Notes under the pieces: generated by a model | What the model saw: the letters and a program-made list of their open reading frames with translations, nothing else | What the model was told of the DNA's origin: nothing | Databases searched by the model: none | Shown here: positions 37,001-50,400 of the stretch, piece by piece | Layout of the letters: every line of letters starts with the position of its first letter | Numbering within the stretch: the first letter of the stretch is position 1 | Source of the DNA: Lama guanicoe | Taxonomy: Eukaryota | DNA: 64,000 nucleotides | Assembly: GCA_013239625.1 (NCBI GenBank) | Contig: MU053881.1 | Location: 16,236,373 to 16,300,372, forward strand | Direction of reading: 5' to 3' | Program-made: the position numbers and the translations under genes

Positions 37001-40000
37001 ATAGAAGGACCTTCCTCAACCCCTTGAGGGGTTTTTCATAAGCAAAGGAAGGCGCCTATGAAAACCCCACAGCTTACATCACACTCAACGGTGAAAGACG
37101 GAAAGCCTTTCCTCTGAGATCAGGAAGAAGATGAGGAAGCCTGCTCTCACCACTTCTAGTCACCATACTGCTGGAATTTCCATCACAGCAATTAGGGCAC
37201 ACTGTTTTTGTGGAAACCAGTTTGGCAATTACTCAAAACTTAAGCATAGAGCTACCATATAATTCAGCAATTTCACTCCTAGGTATAGACCCAGAAAAAT
37301 TGAAAACAGAGACTCAAACAAACCCTCGTATATCCATGTGCACAGCAGCACCATTCACAATCGCCAAAAGGTGGCAACAGCCCAAGCGTCCGTCAGTGGA
37401 GAAATGGATGAACAAATGTGCTTCATCAGCACAGCGGGGTTACTGGTCAGCCACAGGAAGGATGAAGTTCTGGTCTGACGAATGCTACATCATGGATGAA
37501 CCTTAAAATCATTCTGCTGAGTGAAAGAAGCCAGACACCAAAGGACACATGTTGTATGATTCCATCTACGTGTGAAATGTCCAGAACGGGCAAATCCACA
37601 GAGACAGCAGGTGGTGATCGCCAGGGTCCAGGGGAGGAGGGATGGGGAGTGACTGCTCATGGGGACGAGGTTTCCTTTTGGGGTGATGGGAATGTTCTGC
37701 AAGTAGACAGAGGTGATGGCCGCACAATGTTGTGAATATGCTAAATGCTACTGAACTGTACATTTAAAAATGGTGAATTTCATGTTACATGAATTTTACT
37801 TCAATATTTTAAAACTGTAAGTTCACAGAAAAGAAAAGAAAAAGAGGAAATGGAAAGGGCAGCCCAGCAGGCCTCTGGGCATAGCAAAGGGAAAAAGGCT
37901 GATGATGGTGCAGTCTGTGCCCCCAACTCCCCATTCCAGGTCCCTCCCTCTGCTCTCACTGCCAAGCCTCAGCCCCCACCCTACCCCCGCCACCAGAACC
38001 TTCCAGAGAGGGAGGTGGTGGGCCTGACCCCGACCTGCACCTGCCCACATGGCCCTGGTTATAGGCAGGTCTCCAAGGGTGGACACTCTCTGCCTCCCAA
38101 ACCACCAAGTCAGCCCTCACCACCCAGCTGTCTGTCCAGAGAAGCCCTTTTGAGGATCTGCTCCAGCTCAACGTGGAGGTGGGCCTGCACTGGGGTCCGC
38201 TGGTGTCTGTGCCCTGTGTGGCTTCTGGAGGAACCCGGCACACGTGGAGTGGACAAACCTGGCCCGGCCCTGGGAGCCGCACTGCTGAGGAGGTGGCCTG
38301 GGACGGGGGCAGGTGCTCTGAACTCACCAGGGAGCGCTTGGCTTCGGGCAGGAACTGTCCAAACTCAGAGAGCAGGTCCTCCTGGCCCCGGAAGAGGTTG
38401 GCCACCTCGGTGAACACCTCCTCCTCAGACATGCCTCGGAACGGACGGCCCTTCGTGCTCAGCTGCTCCTTCTGCCGATTTTCAGGAAAGAGAAAATGAG
38501 TCGTTAGCCAAGCAACCAGGAGGCACCCCAGGCTGTGACACTCAGGCATCCCACTGTGGAGGAGACAGAGGGATGACTCACAAAAGAATCGACTGGCAGA
38601 GTCCATGACTGCTGCCACCAGGAGAGGCTCAGCCAGCTGCCCCGCTGACAACTCGGGGTGTCCCTCACTGGCTCCCACCCCCACCCTCTGCTCTAGAGAA
38701 CAGTCCTGTGTGCTTGTGTCTTCACCCCACGGCACAACTCAGCCTGAGCCCCGGTCACGGATGGGGCCTGTGCTGGGAGCGTGGAGGGGACGTGGGAGGG
38801 GCACGGTCATGGAAGGACTTGGCCTGTGAGGTCAGTGGCAAACCCACGGTCCTCCTGAGGGCAAGGGGGCTGGTTCTGCTGGGTGGGGGAGCGAGGAGCT
38901 AGCACTGGGTCCGGAAGGCGAAGAGGGTGAAGAGGGAAGGCAAGAGACTTACAGGCCAAGGGACCTGTTTGCCCAGAGTCACTAAGACTCTGGAAGGAAG
39001 ACAGACTGCTCTGGAGCCTAAAGCAACAAGATGAGGACCAGAGGGGACTCAGGTCCAGAGGGCAAGAAGCGGCCTTGCCCTTTGGAAGTCAGTCCCCCTC
39101 AACTGTACACCCAAGAACGTGAGGAGAGAGAGGCGCCGGTGTCGGGCCCTCCCAGAGGGCAGGGCAGGGCAGGGCTTCGACACCGCCCACACACAGCTGC
39201 AAAGGGGAAGAGACAAGGCGCCCTTGGTGTGCCCTCCCCTCCTGGTACCCTGAGGAAAGCTCATTTCCAATCCGGGCACACAGAGCACCTATTTAGGAGG
39301 GAGAAAAAACTGCCTCCACCCTTGTCTGCCCAAAGTTACTGGGACACTTGAGAGCCAAAGAAAAAATCGGCAAAGACCACTGAGTTCAGAGAATAAACAC
39401 AAATCATCTCTATACAGATGAAACAATGATCAGACTGAGTGATGCCTGAAGAAATACTATTTAAAACAGCATCACAACATTTCTACTCATCAGACTGACA
39501 AAGAGGATGAGGGCTCTGCCAGTCGATTTCTGATGAGGGAGTGAGGAACTGGGCGCTCCCATGACAAGGCGGAAAGAAAGGCCGGTGCCATCGGCAGAGG
39601 GAAGTGTGGCACCATCTATGATGCTGTCTCAGGCGCACACGCTCTGACCTAGGGACGCACCTGCTGGGAGTTTCCCCACAGAGACAGTCAGATGCTCTAA
39701 TACCTGTTTTGAACACAAATCTGAGACATGTACTAGGGAATGATTTGAGCGTGGTGTGGATTTTGCATTTGCTGATGCAGGATTCTGTCTGGGGCACATG
39801 GGGTGACAGAGGGAAAGGGCACCTGGCAGAGCCGAGCCACGTGGGAACACACAAACCCCCCACCCCCACCCCCCCTTAGATGTTAAGACCATGCCACTGT
39901 CTGGGGTGACAACATCCAGTCTCATTTCAGGAAACCTCCTCCTGGTACCTCACGGTGACCCACAGGCTGCAACCTTCCCAAACCCACGTCCACAGTGAAC

Positions 40001-43000
40001 CTCAGGTCTTCTCCAAGGTCAAGTGCCGGAGGCACTGCAGCATTCACGTCACGCTCAGCCGTTTGCTGTGTGTACAACGGCGCTACCAGTCTTTAGCAGG
40101 TGCCTATCTTTTTCTAATATGGTGCCAATAGTTTCTGAATGTCGTGCCCAGACCCCATTTTCCCATAAGTCCCGTGAAGGGTGTGAATTTGCGGAGAGCG
40201 GTCATTTTTAGGGACGTCAGGGCAGAATTGGCTGTGCTCATCCAGGTGCATGACATATGCATGAAGCTGTAGAAGGGAAAGGCTGCCCACGGCTGACCCA
40301 AGGCAAGCACTGTGCTTAGATCAATGACCTTAGTTAACCACGTTTAATTGGGGTCGGCACCACCAGCATTACAGCCATTTTATGGATTAGAACCGCAAGG
40401 TTCAGGGAGGTGAGGAAAAGGGCTCAGAAGGGAGCGGGACAGAGATTTAAAACATCAGTAATTTGTAGCCAGGTTTATTCACAGTCTTTTAAAAATCTGA
40501 GCCAATGATCTAAAATCAGGGTAATTCACACAGAAATTCAGATTGTACAGAAGATTTCATTTTTAAAAGTGGGTTCCGTTGCTTAGAAACATAAAAGGCA
40601 CGGACACTGTACGTCTGGGTGAGGATGATGTCCAAGCTCTCTGCACAGACATCCCTTGCCGCCGGCCTGCCTGTACTCCCTGTCAAGTTCCCTGACAGGG
40701 GAACTTGCTCCAGCCCCCGGCACCAAGAGTCCACCTTTCACCTGATGGTTCTGACCCCTGACGTCTGATGAGGCTGACACCTCTCCTACACACGTCCCTT
40801 CTTTTCCTCCCTAATCATTTCTAAGTTCCTTCCACCCCTAAACTGAACTAAAGAGCAACAGCAACCATTCATCTCTGTCCACCCAGCGCCTGGCACCAAG
40901 CCCAGTTGTAATCAGCATAGATGGAGGGTACTTCTATTGTCTAAACAATAACAAAGCCATCTTACAAAAAGAAAACTTCCTGAGTTCTTTTTTAATCCTT
41001 TAATGTGTTTCCCCTAGTGAGGGTGCAGAGGTGCCTCAAGGAGCAAATTAAAATCAAAACAGAACTCCAACAGGCATCTGTACACCCATGTTCACAGTAG
41101 CGTTATTCACAACAGCCAGAATGTGGAAGCAACCCAAGTGTCTGGTGACGGTTGAATGGATAAACAGAAGGAGACAGATCTGTAAGGTGGAACATTATTC
41201 AGCCTTAAAAAAAAAAAAGGACATTCTGACACCTGTTATAACATGTATAGACCTTGAGGGTGTTATGCCAAATGAAATAAGCCAGTCACCAAAGGACAAA
41301 TCCTGTACAATCCCACTCATATGAGGTCCCTACAATAGTCAGATTCATAGACAGACAGTAGAAAGGGGCTTGCCAGGGCCTGGGGAAGGGGGCGAGGAGT
41401 TAGTGTTCAATGGGGATAGTTTTGGCTCAAGGTAAAAGAAGTTCTGGAGGTGGATGGTGGTGATGGTTGCACAGCAATGTGAATGTACTAAGTGCCCCTG
41501 AACTGTACACTTAAAAATGGTTAAAATGGTTACATTTTACATTATATATACTTTACCACAGCAGAAAAAATTTAATGCAAAAAAAGAGCTAATCAGAATT
41601 TTACAGGATTTCGTGAATTCAGATGAGAAAATCTGAATGTTTCTGACACATCTAATATTGGATGATGCTACAAACACCCACAAGGAAGTGTGACCTAAGA
41701 CTTCTTACCTGGTAAGTGTGCAGGATTTCCAGGAATGACCTGTAGATTTCTGGGTGGTCTAGAAAGCGGGTCTTAATCTTGTTCACGTAGCTGATGGCGT
41801 TGTTGAATTCCACGGAATCTGACTCCAAGGGCACCTGCGGCTTGTCCTCCTTATACAGCATCTGCTGCTTGAAGTTCTCGGCACAGTCGCTGTGGTTGTG
41901 CGAATTCTCCTGACAACAACGTGACAGTGAGTTACTGGCGGGCCCGACACCGGAAACAGACAGTGAGAAGCACCAGACTGAGCCACTGTGCATGGGAACA
42001 GGCAAAACTTAGCACAGAGCCAAGTTTTTCAACTGGATGCAGAAAAAGCTGACTTCTTGAGGCCTGGAGAGAGGGAAGCAGGGTGGGGGCACCCAGAACA
42101 CGGAGACAGCCCCTGCTCGGCATGCTGATCTCCCGTGCGTTCCTGGGAGGGTCTCATGAACTCACCTCTGCCTGATCCTTCTAGTAGATTCAAAGAACGT
42201 GAAACTGTGACGCACACTCTACACTTTCAAAAATGAGCATTTGGGAGAAATTTACAGAAAGTGAGTGGTTTAACTCTTTTTGGAGCAGAGCTTTGGGCTG
42301 TTTAAAGAGAAGTCTTCCCACACCTCTTGCCAGCCAGTCCATTTCAGCAAGACTTTAACCTGCTGTCACAGCAGGTATGGAATGGGGACCCCGTAGTGAG
42401 GAGGGCCCACTGTCCAGGGCTGCGGGACTTCTGGTGCCAAGCAAGTCGTGTGACAAAAAGAGGTGCCCTGAGCAGGCATCGAGCTTTCCTTCTGTTTATG
42501 TGGTTTTCTGTCAACATAAACAGAAAACAGACACAGTCTCTCTCCCGGGAAGACGGCACCCTAATTCACAATGAGACACGTCCCAAAGGAGGTGATGTTT
42601 ATGCTCCTAAACTGGTATTTTTGTTTATGTGTTGTGAGGATGGCCTCCCTCCGCCACTGCCCACGGCTGGGCTGTCAGGAGAGACCCCGGCATCCTGCAG
42701 GTCCCCGCCCAGGTCTCGGCAGGTCGGGATCCCTCAAGTTCAGTTTGAGGTCTTTGTTTACTCAACACCTTCTCAGCAAGTCTTCCAGAAGCATCCTGCA
42801 CCAAAGTAAAATGATCCCGTCTCCCAGTCCTCTGAGCCACTTTCTTGCTCTATTTTCCTCCGTGGCACACATCACCTTTCTACACATAACACATTTTACT
42901 TATTTTCCTGTCTGTCCAACCCTGATGAAAAGGCAAACTCCAGGAGGGCAGGAATTCTGCTCTGGTCACTGCTGTATCCCTGGTGCCTGGAACAGAACTT

Positions 43001-46000
43001 GGAACAGACTGTGCTTCATCCACACTGGGATGATCAGAAGGACGGATGAAGGAACAAATCGAGCCTACTGTCTCCATCCTGTGGAACCTGGCACGGCATC
43101 TGGCACCGACAGCCGACCCTGGGACTCCAGGGAACCCAGGCACGCTGCCGCCCACTGCTGCAGAGCTGTCATCACCACAGACACCTCCGCCAGGCACACC
43201 TGCTGTCATGTGTAGGTCTCCTACTGTGCTGGGGCTGCCATGACAAGTACCACAGACTGGGCGGCTTCAATGACAGACTGATCTCCCAGTTCTGGAGGCT
43301 GGAATTCATGATCAAGGTGTCAGCAGGGCTGGCATCTCCTGAGGCCTCCTGGCCAGCAAACAGGTGTCTTCCTGCTGTGTCCTTGCATGGTCGTCCCTCT
43401 GTTTCACACGTATCCCTGGGGTCCTCTCCATGTGACCAAATTTCCTCTTCTCCTTAAGGACACCAGTCAGACTGGATTGAAGCCCACTCTAATGGCCTCA
43501 TTTCACCTAAATTACCTCTGTAAAGACCTTATCTCCAAATACAGTCACATTCTGAGATACTGATTAGGACTTCCAGATATGAATTGGTGGGGAGGGGCAC
43601 AATTCAGCCCATTAACAATGAGTGTAGAGGCAGTTCTAGAAAGTCTGAGCCGAGGAAAACAGACACACAAAAGATCCAGAGCAGTCACAACTCTAAAGAC
43701 CATTTCTCCCTGGCACTGGAATTTGTTCTAGGACACTGGGGATGTTCCTGCTGACTGCCTCGGCTTAAGCTCAGAGGTCTGCACTCATGTTCCTTCAGGG
43801 AACACAGGCTTGGTGGTGGAAGGAGCTGGGCAGGGGTGGTGGCGGGGAGGGAGCAGCCTTGGAGCCAAGATTTGCTTCAGAGGAGGCTGTGTGCTCACTG
43901 AGAGCTCCTCACCACTATGAGAAGGCATTTGCAAGCACCGAAAGCCTCTTCCAATTCCCTGGAGTGAGTCACTGGGATGAGATGGAGAACCACCCCTGGG
44001 GACCAGGGCTCGGCAAAAACAGCCAGACAATAATGGTGCGACCGCGGCGGCAAACACGCTGGTGATTCTTCAGGAAGTTAAACACGGCCACCACGTGACT
44101 GGGCAATTCTACTCCTGGATATCCGCCCAAAGAACCAAACACAGGCTTTCAAACAACCCCTCAGACATGCAGGTTCACAGCAGCCATGTTTGCAACAGCC
44201 GAAAGGTGGAAACCACCCACATGGCCATCAACTGATGAATGGATGAACAACATGTGTTCCATCCACACAGTGGAGTATTATTCAGCCTTAAAAAGGAATG
44301 AAGCTCTAGTACAATGTGGATGAACCTGGAAAAATCATGTTGAGAAGGAAGACCAAAGAAGGATATAATGGTATATGATTCCATTTACATGAAGTATGCA
44401 GAACAGGAAAATCTACAGACAGAAAGGGGATTCGTGGCTGCCAGAGGCTGGTGGCAGGGGAGAACTGGGAGGTACAGTTTCTTTTAGGGGTAACAGAAAC
44501 GTTCTGGAATTGTAGTAGCAGCTGCATGGGGTTGTGAATATACTAAAAGCCACTGAATTGGACACTTTAAAATGGTTACAATGATGAATTCTATGTTACG
44601 TAAATAATACCACAATTAAATTTTTTTAACGTAATCTGAAAAATGTAAAAACCACTGGCCAAACAAAAATAAGCTGACTTTGTTCCATGGGCCATAGTCT
44701 GCCAGCCCTAGGTCTAAACTTTCTGGAACAATTCAGGCTTTTGTCTTTTCTGTCTGCACTGGGTGTCCTGGACCAGGCAGTCAGAAACGCCTTCTAGACA
44801 CTGACGAGCCACCTTATGTGGCCAACATGGCTGCCTGGGTGTCCACACACAGCCCCACCTACTTAACACCTTTCAAACAGACATTCCAGTCACAGAACAG
44901 CCCCCACTCCCAACTCCCCACCCCTCCAACCCCTAGCCTGGCTCATCTTGCCTTCACCCAAAGGCTCAGGCATCCTGGAATCATCCCGGACTTCTCACTC
45001 TGACACCCCACCCTGGTCCACATCACTCTCTACTCCAAATGGATCACACGGAGCCTGCTCCTGATCCCCCAGATCCTCTCCTGCCCTCTCAGTCCATTTC
45101 TAGTACAGCAGCCAGAGCAGCCTTTTCAGAACTCTCCACTGGCTTCCCACGCTCCTGGCTCTCTCTCTCCCACACTTTCTGCTTCAGGTCCCAACTCCAC
45201 CAGCTTCCTGGCTGTTTCTCAGGCACAGCCACTCATCCCTACCTCAGGCCTTGACGCCCCCACTGGGAAGACTCCCCCGAAGATACAGGCCGGCCCCGCC
45301 TCCCTCATTCAGCGTCTGCCCACAGCACCCCCAAGCCCGGCCCCTGCTGTCTTCCACGCGCAGCACTCAACTCCCTCCTGTACTTCTAGCTGCCCATACG
45401 TGACCATGCAAGCACCCCGAGAGCTGGGACTCTGAACGAACCCCAGGGCGTGGCACAGAAGAGGTGGTCTACACCTGCCCCGTGGAGGATGAAGACACAA
45501 ACACGGGAGGTGACCTGCCAGGAACTGACTGATCTTCCAAATGACCCTCCCTGAGGGAGGACGGCAGACCCCTCCCTGAACATGCAGGGGTCACTGTATT
45601 ACAAGCTGCAGCTGGTGGTTCATCTCTTTACCTCTGTCCAAGCAGCTGCTGTCCCAGCCAAGCACAAAAGGGCCAGCCCCCTGGGAGGCAGGGTCCGTCG
45701 TGAACGCAACCCGGGAGCCAAGATGCATTACTTTCCCACCAACATCCAGTGTCTTGTTCCTCCAGTGTCCCGGAACAGGGGCACAGTTGTGAACAAGACA
45801 GACACGATCTTGCCTGATCTGGAGGACTCATTCTGCCAGGAAAGGCAAACCAACAAGAAACAGTGTATTTTTTAATTCCTTAGCTTAGCTATGCTACCTT
45901 GAAGTACATAAAACAGGGTGCTATGAAAATGACTTGGGTGGGAGTTGGGGGCTCTCTGAGGAGCTGACGTTACAACTGGGGCCAACCAGATCTGAAATGA

Positions 46001-49000
46001 TGCTGACTCAGGAGGCCGCAGCTGCGGCAAAAGGACATTCTTCCCGCCATGGTCCCCACCCCTCTCTGGCTCCTCCACCCACATCACGGCACATGTTTGT
46101 CTATCTTCCCCTTAGACTAGTGTTCTCTGCTGGGGCAATTTTGCCCCCCGGGGACACTTCACAATGTCCAGAGACATTCTGGGTTGTCATACTTGGGGTT
46201 GCGGGGGGTGCTACTGACATCAGCTGCATGGAGGCCAGGGATGCTGTTCACCACACGACCCGGGACGGCCCCCACCAGAAGGAATGATCTGGCCCCAGTG
46301 ACAACAGTGCTGAGGCTGAGAAACACTGCACAAAAGGCTCCCCCGAGGCTAAGACTCACTTCTCTTCCTCAGCACCTAAGAACTCCTCCCTCCCTGTTGA
46401 CAGGACTCATGATGAAGTGAAAAAAATGAAAGGAAAAAAAAAAAAGAAAAATCACACACACACAAAGCTGTACTTCAAAACAGTGAAGCCAGAAAAACCA
46501 ATTTTAAAAAATAAAGCCCCAGGGCACTTGAAAAGGACTCTTGGCAGCTGAGAGGACACCTCGTTCGCACCTGGTGTGACGCAGGGCTGGAAACTGGCAG
46601 GTCCATGGATGTGACTGAAAGCAGGCGGGTAGCGTGTGCCCCAAGGGAATGAAGGACGGGGACCTCTCCAGCTGAGGAAGGGCCCTCCGTGTGGCTGCTT
46701 CCAGGCACAGCAAGACTGGGAGGCCCCGGTAAGCAGCTCTCAAGGTATCAAGGGAAAGTTCGCATCCAGCCTTTCTTCCAGTTAATAGACCTGCGGTCAC
46801 CAAACCGCCCAGGGCAGGAGCAGACAAGACTGGTCCGGTCTCCTTATCTCTCCAACAGTCCTGGAAGCTGTGTGTGGGACGGCAGCGGCCCCGCGGCTAT
46901 TTAAGGGAAGGTGAGGTTCATGTGGAGATCCAGCCCCGAGAGCAGTTACTCCAACAGGGGCTGAGAAAGGCGAATTCCACACGTGGGGTGCAGCTTAGGT
47001 CTCGGAGGCCCTCCTCATGAGTGATGGCAAGGACACCAGCGATTACGCAGCGCTCCGGATTCAGCAGACCGCTTCCGCGCACACTGCTGCAGATGAGACT
47101 GCTTTCCTCTCAGGCATGAGCGCTCTGCTTTTTTAATCCCTGCTAAGGCTTTTATCATCTGGAGGCAGGAGCGCTACCTCTGCATCCTGGCACTCCATTT
47201 GCAAACATGAAATGGAAGCTCTGGGCTTCCAAGTTCCTTTTTAAAACTGAGGCACGCTGAGTTTTGTGCTGATGGTGCAGTCTGCCTTGCGTAGAGAGAG
47301 GGCAGCATGTATGTGCCAGCCCCCCTCGGAGAGGGTCCAGCCACCACCACACTGCCTCTTACTGTTCTCTTTTCAAATCCTGATGCCCTAATGGATAGGA
47401 CACTGCAATCTCCTTCCTCAGAGGAGAAACCTACCAAATGCTTCTGGAGTAGATTTTATTGGTAACCTTCCCTGCAAAAACCCCTGGGGCAGAGATGGAG
47501 AAGGTTGAAAGAGCTGGTTCACTCACACCAGAGCTTCTCAATGCTGTGATTTTGTCCCCAGGAGACACTGGGCTTTGTCTGGAGACATTTTTGGCTGGCT
47601 CGACAGGGTGAGGGCCCAGTGGGTGAAGGCCAGGGACACTGCTGAATGCCCCACAGTGCCCTGGAGAGCCCCCCCGTAACTAAGTGTTAAGCCTTCAATG
47701 GCAACAGGGCCGAGAAGAGAAAAAGACAGTGGTTACCTTGTAAGAGTAAAGCTCAAACAGGCTTTTTCTCAGGGATTTTGCTGAGCTTAAACAAGAAGAG
47801 ACTGCAGAGATAGAAAGGAAGGAACCTGTCCCACGAGAAAGAAGAGACCAAAGCCACAAGCCTGAGCTGAGTCAGTGATCCCGTCGGCAGGTAAATGAGG
47901 CACAGCAACGATAAAAATAGCAAGTCACACATGCATCTCCACCACTTTACTGTGTGGGCGGCACCGAGAGGGATCAGAGGGACCACATGCCCAGGTACAA
48001 GTGTGGCCTGCTTAGTGTGCTCAGTGGGAAAGCCTCAAGCCAAGACCTCAGTGACTGTGGATGTGATTATTTTGACTGGACATAAAACTGTGTTAGGAGA
48101 ATGCCTCCTTGACACACACGTGCGCGCGTGCACACACACACACACACACATACACAAACACATCCACTCTTGATTTAAATCCACCAAAGGGATCAATTTG
48201 GGATCAGAGGCTGCCTGTGTAGGTGTTTCCATCTATTTTGATTTGACTAAAAGCACTTGAAGAAAAAGATGGGATCTTCACCAACTTTCCAGCAATGAAA
48301 CCCATAAGGCGCGCTGCCCAGCCTGAGTACCTGAGCACCAGGGCGGGCTGCGCTAAGGTCAGGTCAAACCACTGCAGCGGCGTACCTGGTTTGACAGGGG
48401 AGACTGTATGTTCAACTTGCCATTCTTGGGAATGTCTATTCTGTACCCGAGAGGAAGGAAAGCGTTGAATCCAACAATGAGGTCAGGGTGTTCGTGGAAG
48501 AGCTGTGACACCCGTCGGATGACTCCAGGGGTATCGATGCTGGAACAAAGAAGAAGAAGAGTGGGCAGGAGTGTTTTGCAGAGCAAATTCAAACAAAAGC
48601 TACTCCTGACTCCCCTAACCACACCGCATCACGGGCTTCTCAGTGGACAACAAAGCACCCTAAAACGTGACTGGTATGATTCTGCTGATGATGGTGATCC
48701 ACTTCCGAGGCAGCCACATCTGGGTTCCCTGTGCCTTCCTGGCAAAAACCAGAGAATATGTGCACTGCACAGCACAGCTCCCGAAACACTGCAAGCAGGT
48801 GCGCTCGGTTCGGAAAATGTCAAGACGGCCAACTGTGAGTCCTGGGTTCCAAGAAGTGACAGGAGGTCAAAGTCCTCTAAACATGAGATAAATTCCTCAT
48901 TCTGGATAAATTAAGGATTGACTATGACAAAGGAGTTGTTCCCTGCAACTGACTGTAATGCCTAAAAACCAAAGGCCCTGCAAGTAAAGAAGTGGCATTA

Positions 49001-50267
49001 AGAATTCAAGGGGGGAGAGGGGGTCCCCCTGAGGGCTGCACTCAGGGCCAAGGCCTTAACATCCTGCTTATGGAAGGAAACCAGGCAGGCCCTGCCATGC
49101 TTCCTCAGATGGGGAAGCAGCCCCGTAGGGATGTGACATGCAAGAATCTAAGTCAGAGGGATGGAGTTCTGGTCCCAACTCTGCTCCTACTGTGGGTTTG
49201 GGCAAACCCCTGGCCCACTCTAAGCCTCAGTGGGCCTACTGTCAAACAGGGTATGATAGTGGGGTTCCCAGATCTACCTTAACTCTCTTGATTCTGTGCG
49301 GATGCAAACTGCTAATGTGTTTTAAATGCCTTCTAAGTGCTAGGTTCCTTACTAAGCACATTTTATGCACATTATTTCCAAGCAGGCCTGGGACTCGGTT
49401 GAGGTCAGGAAGGCACTCACCTTGGGAACAAGAATTTAAAGGGGATAGAGTGTCAAAACATTCAATAATCAAGATAAATAACATTTTCGTGCAGGGCTTG
49501 AAAAAAATCAAAATTAATTTTTAAAAACCCTCGATGAACGAAATTCATTTAAAAATCAACATTTTGAGTAAAGGCAGGATGGGACCCTGTGCTTGCTAGA
49601 CTGCCTCCCTCACCTCACCCCATCCCTGCCTTCGTTCCAGAAGCCCCTCAACAGCTCCACCAAGGGGTCCCATTTTCTGAGGTTCGGAGAAGTTCCACGA
49701 CCTGCGCAAGGTCACCCAGTCGAGGGGCAGCCGGGGCTGGGGGCTCCCACTCTTCTCAGGCCGACTGCGGCCCACGGCGGCCCCCCGGGGTGGGTAGGGG
49801 CCCCACAGGTACCTCTGGCTTTTGAACTCCTTCATGATCTCCAGGAAGCCGTTGTAAGTGGCTGGGTCGCTACCGAATCGGATCTTCACCTGGTCCAGGT
49901 AGGTGAGGGCGTCCTCCACCTGCGGGGAGGGGGAGGGTCCCGGTGGGCTACGGTCGACCGAGGAGGGGAAAGGGGCAGGGGTCCCTGGAGGGAGAGGGAC
50001 GGGCCGGGCCCCCGAGGGGCGCAGGTGAGGAGTCGGGGGGTCCCGGACCGCGCATAGCGGAGGCCGAGGCGGGGCCGGGGCCGGGCGGGGCCCGGGTTGG
50101 GGGCGTCGGCCTGTGGGGGTTGGACAACTGGGTCCCCGAGGGGGGGCTGGGGCACGACTCACGTGCACTGGCAGTTTCTCGTGGCCGGCAGAGCCCGAGC
50201 GACCCCAGCGGGCGCCGCTCAGCCCCCGGCCCGCGGGGCCGCCGCCGCCGCCGCCAGGGGGCGCCAT
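16058..50267 (-). CDS. SIN3B: SIN3 transcription regulator family member B, 1120 aa, 19 coding exons
   Basis: Exons: 50267-50163, 49919-49813, 48539-48386, 41909-41709, 38471-38328, 33629-33507, 32416-32327, 31875-31757, 28497-28290, 26880-26764, 25671-25433, 24697-24514, 22018-21415, 21226-21057, 18583-18410, 18140-18048, 16952-16858, 16630-16426, 16288-16058. All are GT-AG and phase-consistent, summing to 3363 nt. Domains: PAH1 ([12 protein letters not shown]), PAH2 ([13 protein letters not shown]), PAH3, HID ([15 protein letters not shown]). C-terminus YSRRPASP*. Confidence 0.98.
18704..18868 (+). repeat. Degenerate pentamer tandem repeat (CCAGA)n, about 33 units
   Basis: ccagaccagaccaaaggagaccaga...gcagaccagaccagactaggccagaccagagcaga... 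with 5-bp periodicity. Confidence 0.9.
20400..20900 (+). mobile_element. L1MB 3' end
   Basis: ggaaacaacccaagtgtccatcagcagatgagtgg..gttctagaactagacagagatgatggttgcacaac, with an A-tail at 20890-20903. Confidence 0.85.
27164..27754 (+). mobile_element. Internally deleted Tigger1-like element
   Basis: Termini cagggatgcctcattttatt... and ...gatatctccaaagtatgcctg, flanked by TA at 27162-27163 and 27755-27756. Confidence 0.8.
27430..27554 (-). mobile_element. tRNA-Ala-derived SINE (camelid vic-1-like)
   Basis: Reverse complement reads ggggagggtgtagctcagaggtagagcacatgcctagcat..ggttcaatccccagtacctc. Degenerate TSD agcaataaagtattt / agcactacagtattt. Confidence 0.85.
29891..30003 (+). mobile_element. 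tRNA-Ala-derived SINE (camelid vic-1-like)
   Basis: ggagggtgtagctcagtgacagagtgagtgcttagcatgcatgaggtcctggattcaatccccagtacctcca followed by a (TAAA)n tail. Confidence 0.85.
30190..31650 (+). mobile_element. Old L1MC-type fragments (30190-30740 and 31200-31650)
   Basis: aatctccagggaattatgctgggtgaa..tatgattccatttacataa..tgaatgtcaacgtcctggttgtgat. Confidence 0.6.
35245..35415. mobile_element. MER58-like fragment
   Basis: tttgtaaataaagttttactggcacacagccac..tacttactatctggtccttt. Confidence 0.65.
37050..37810 (+). mobile_element. L1MB fragment (ORF2 remnant plus 3' end)
   Basis: aaacccacagcttacatcacactcaacggtgaaagacggaaagcctttcctctgagatcagga..cagcaatttcactcctaggtatagaccca.. Confidence 0.85.
41070..41585 (+). 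mobile_element. L1MB 3' end
   Basis: tgtacacccatgttcacagtagcgttattcacaacagcca..gaactgtacacttaaaaatggttaaaatgg. Confidence 0.85.
43222..43620 (-). mobile_element. MaLR LTR (MLT1A/B-like)
   Basis: ggggctgccatgacaagtaccacagactgggcggcttcaa..taaggacaccagtcagactggatt..cacaattcagcccattaaca. Confidence 0.85.
44020..44625 (+). mobile_element. L1MB 3' end
   Basis: gcaattctactcctggatatccgcccaaaga..ccactgaattggacactttaaaatggtt. Confidence 0.8.
46119..46328 (+). mobile_element. MER20 (hAT-Charlie)
   Basis: tagtgttctc..ggggcaattttgcccccc..caatgtccagagacatt..gaggccagggatgctg..gctgaggctgagaaacactg. Confidence 0.85.
47529..47715 (+). mobile_element. MER20 (second copy)
   Basis: tgattttgtccccaggagacactggg..tgtctggagacatttttgg..aggccagggacactgctgaa. 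Confidence 0.7.
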
Positions 50268-50400
50268 GTTGGAAGTCGGAGCCGCGGCCCGCCCCGCCCC
50301 CGCCCGAGGGCCGGCCGCGCATGCGCGGGCTCCGCCTAGGGGGCGGGGTCTGGCGGCGCCAGGGAAGGCGGGGCTCCTTGAGGGACCCACTCTAGGGTCT
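49700..50400 (-). promoter_or_regulatory. SIN3B CpG-island promoter
   Basis: Very high GC and CpG content across exons 1-2. NRF1 palindrome cgcgcatgcgcg at 50316-50327, several GGGCGG boxes at 50288-50350, and a YY1-type AACATGGCG overlapping the ATG (50262-50270). Confidence 0.85.
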
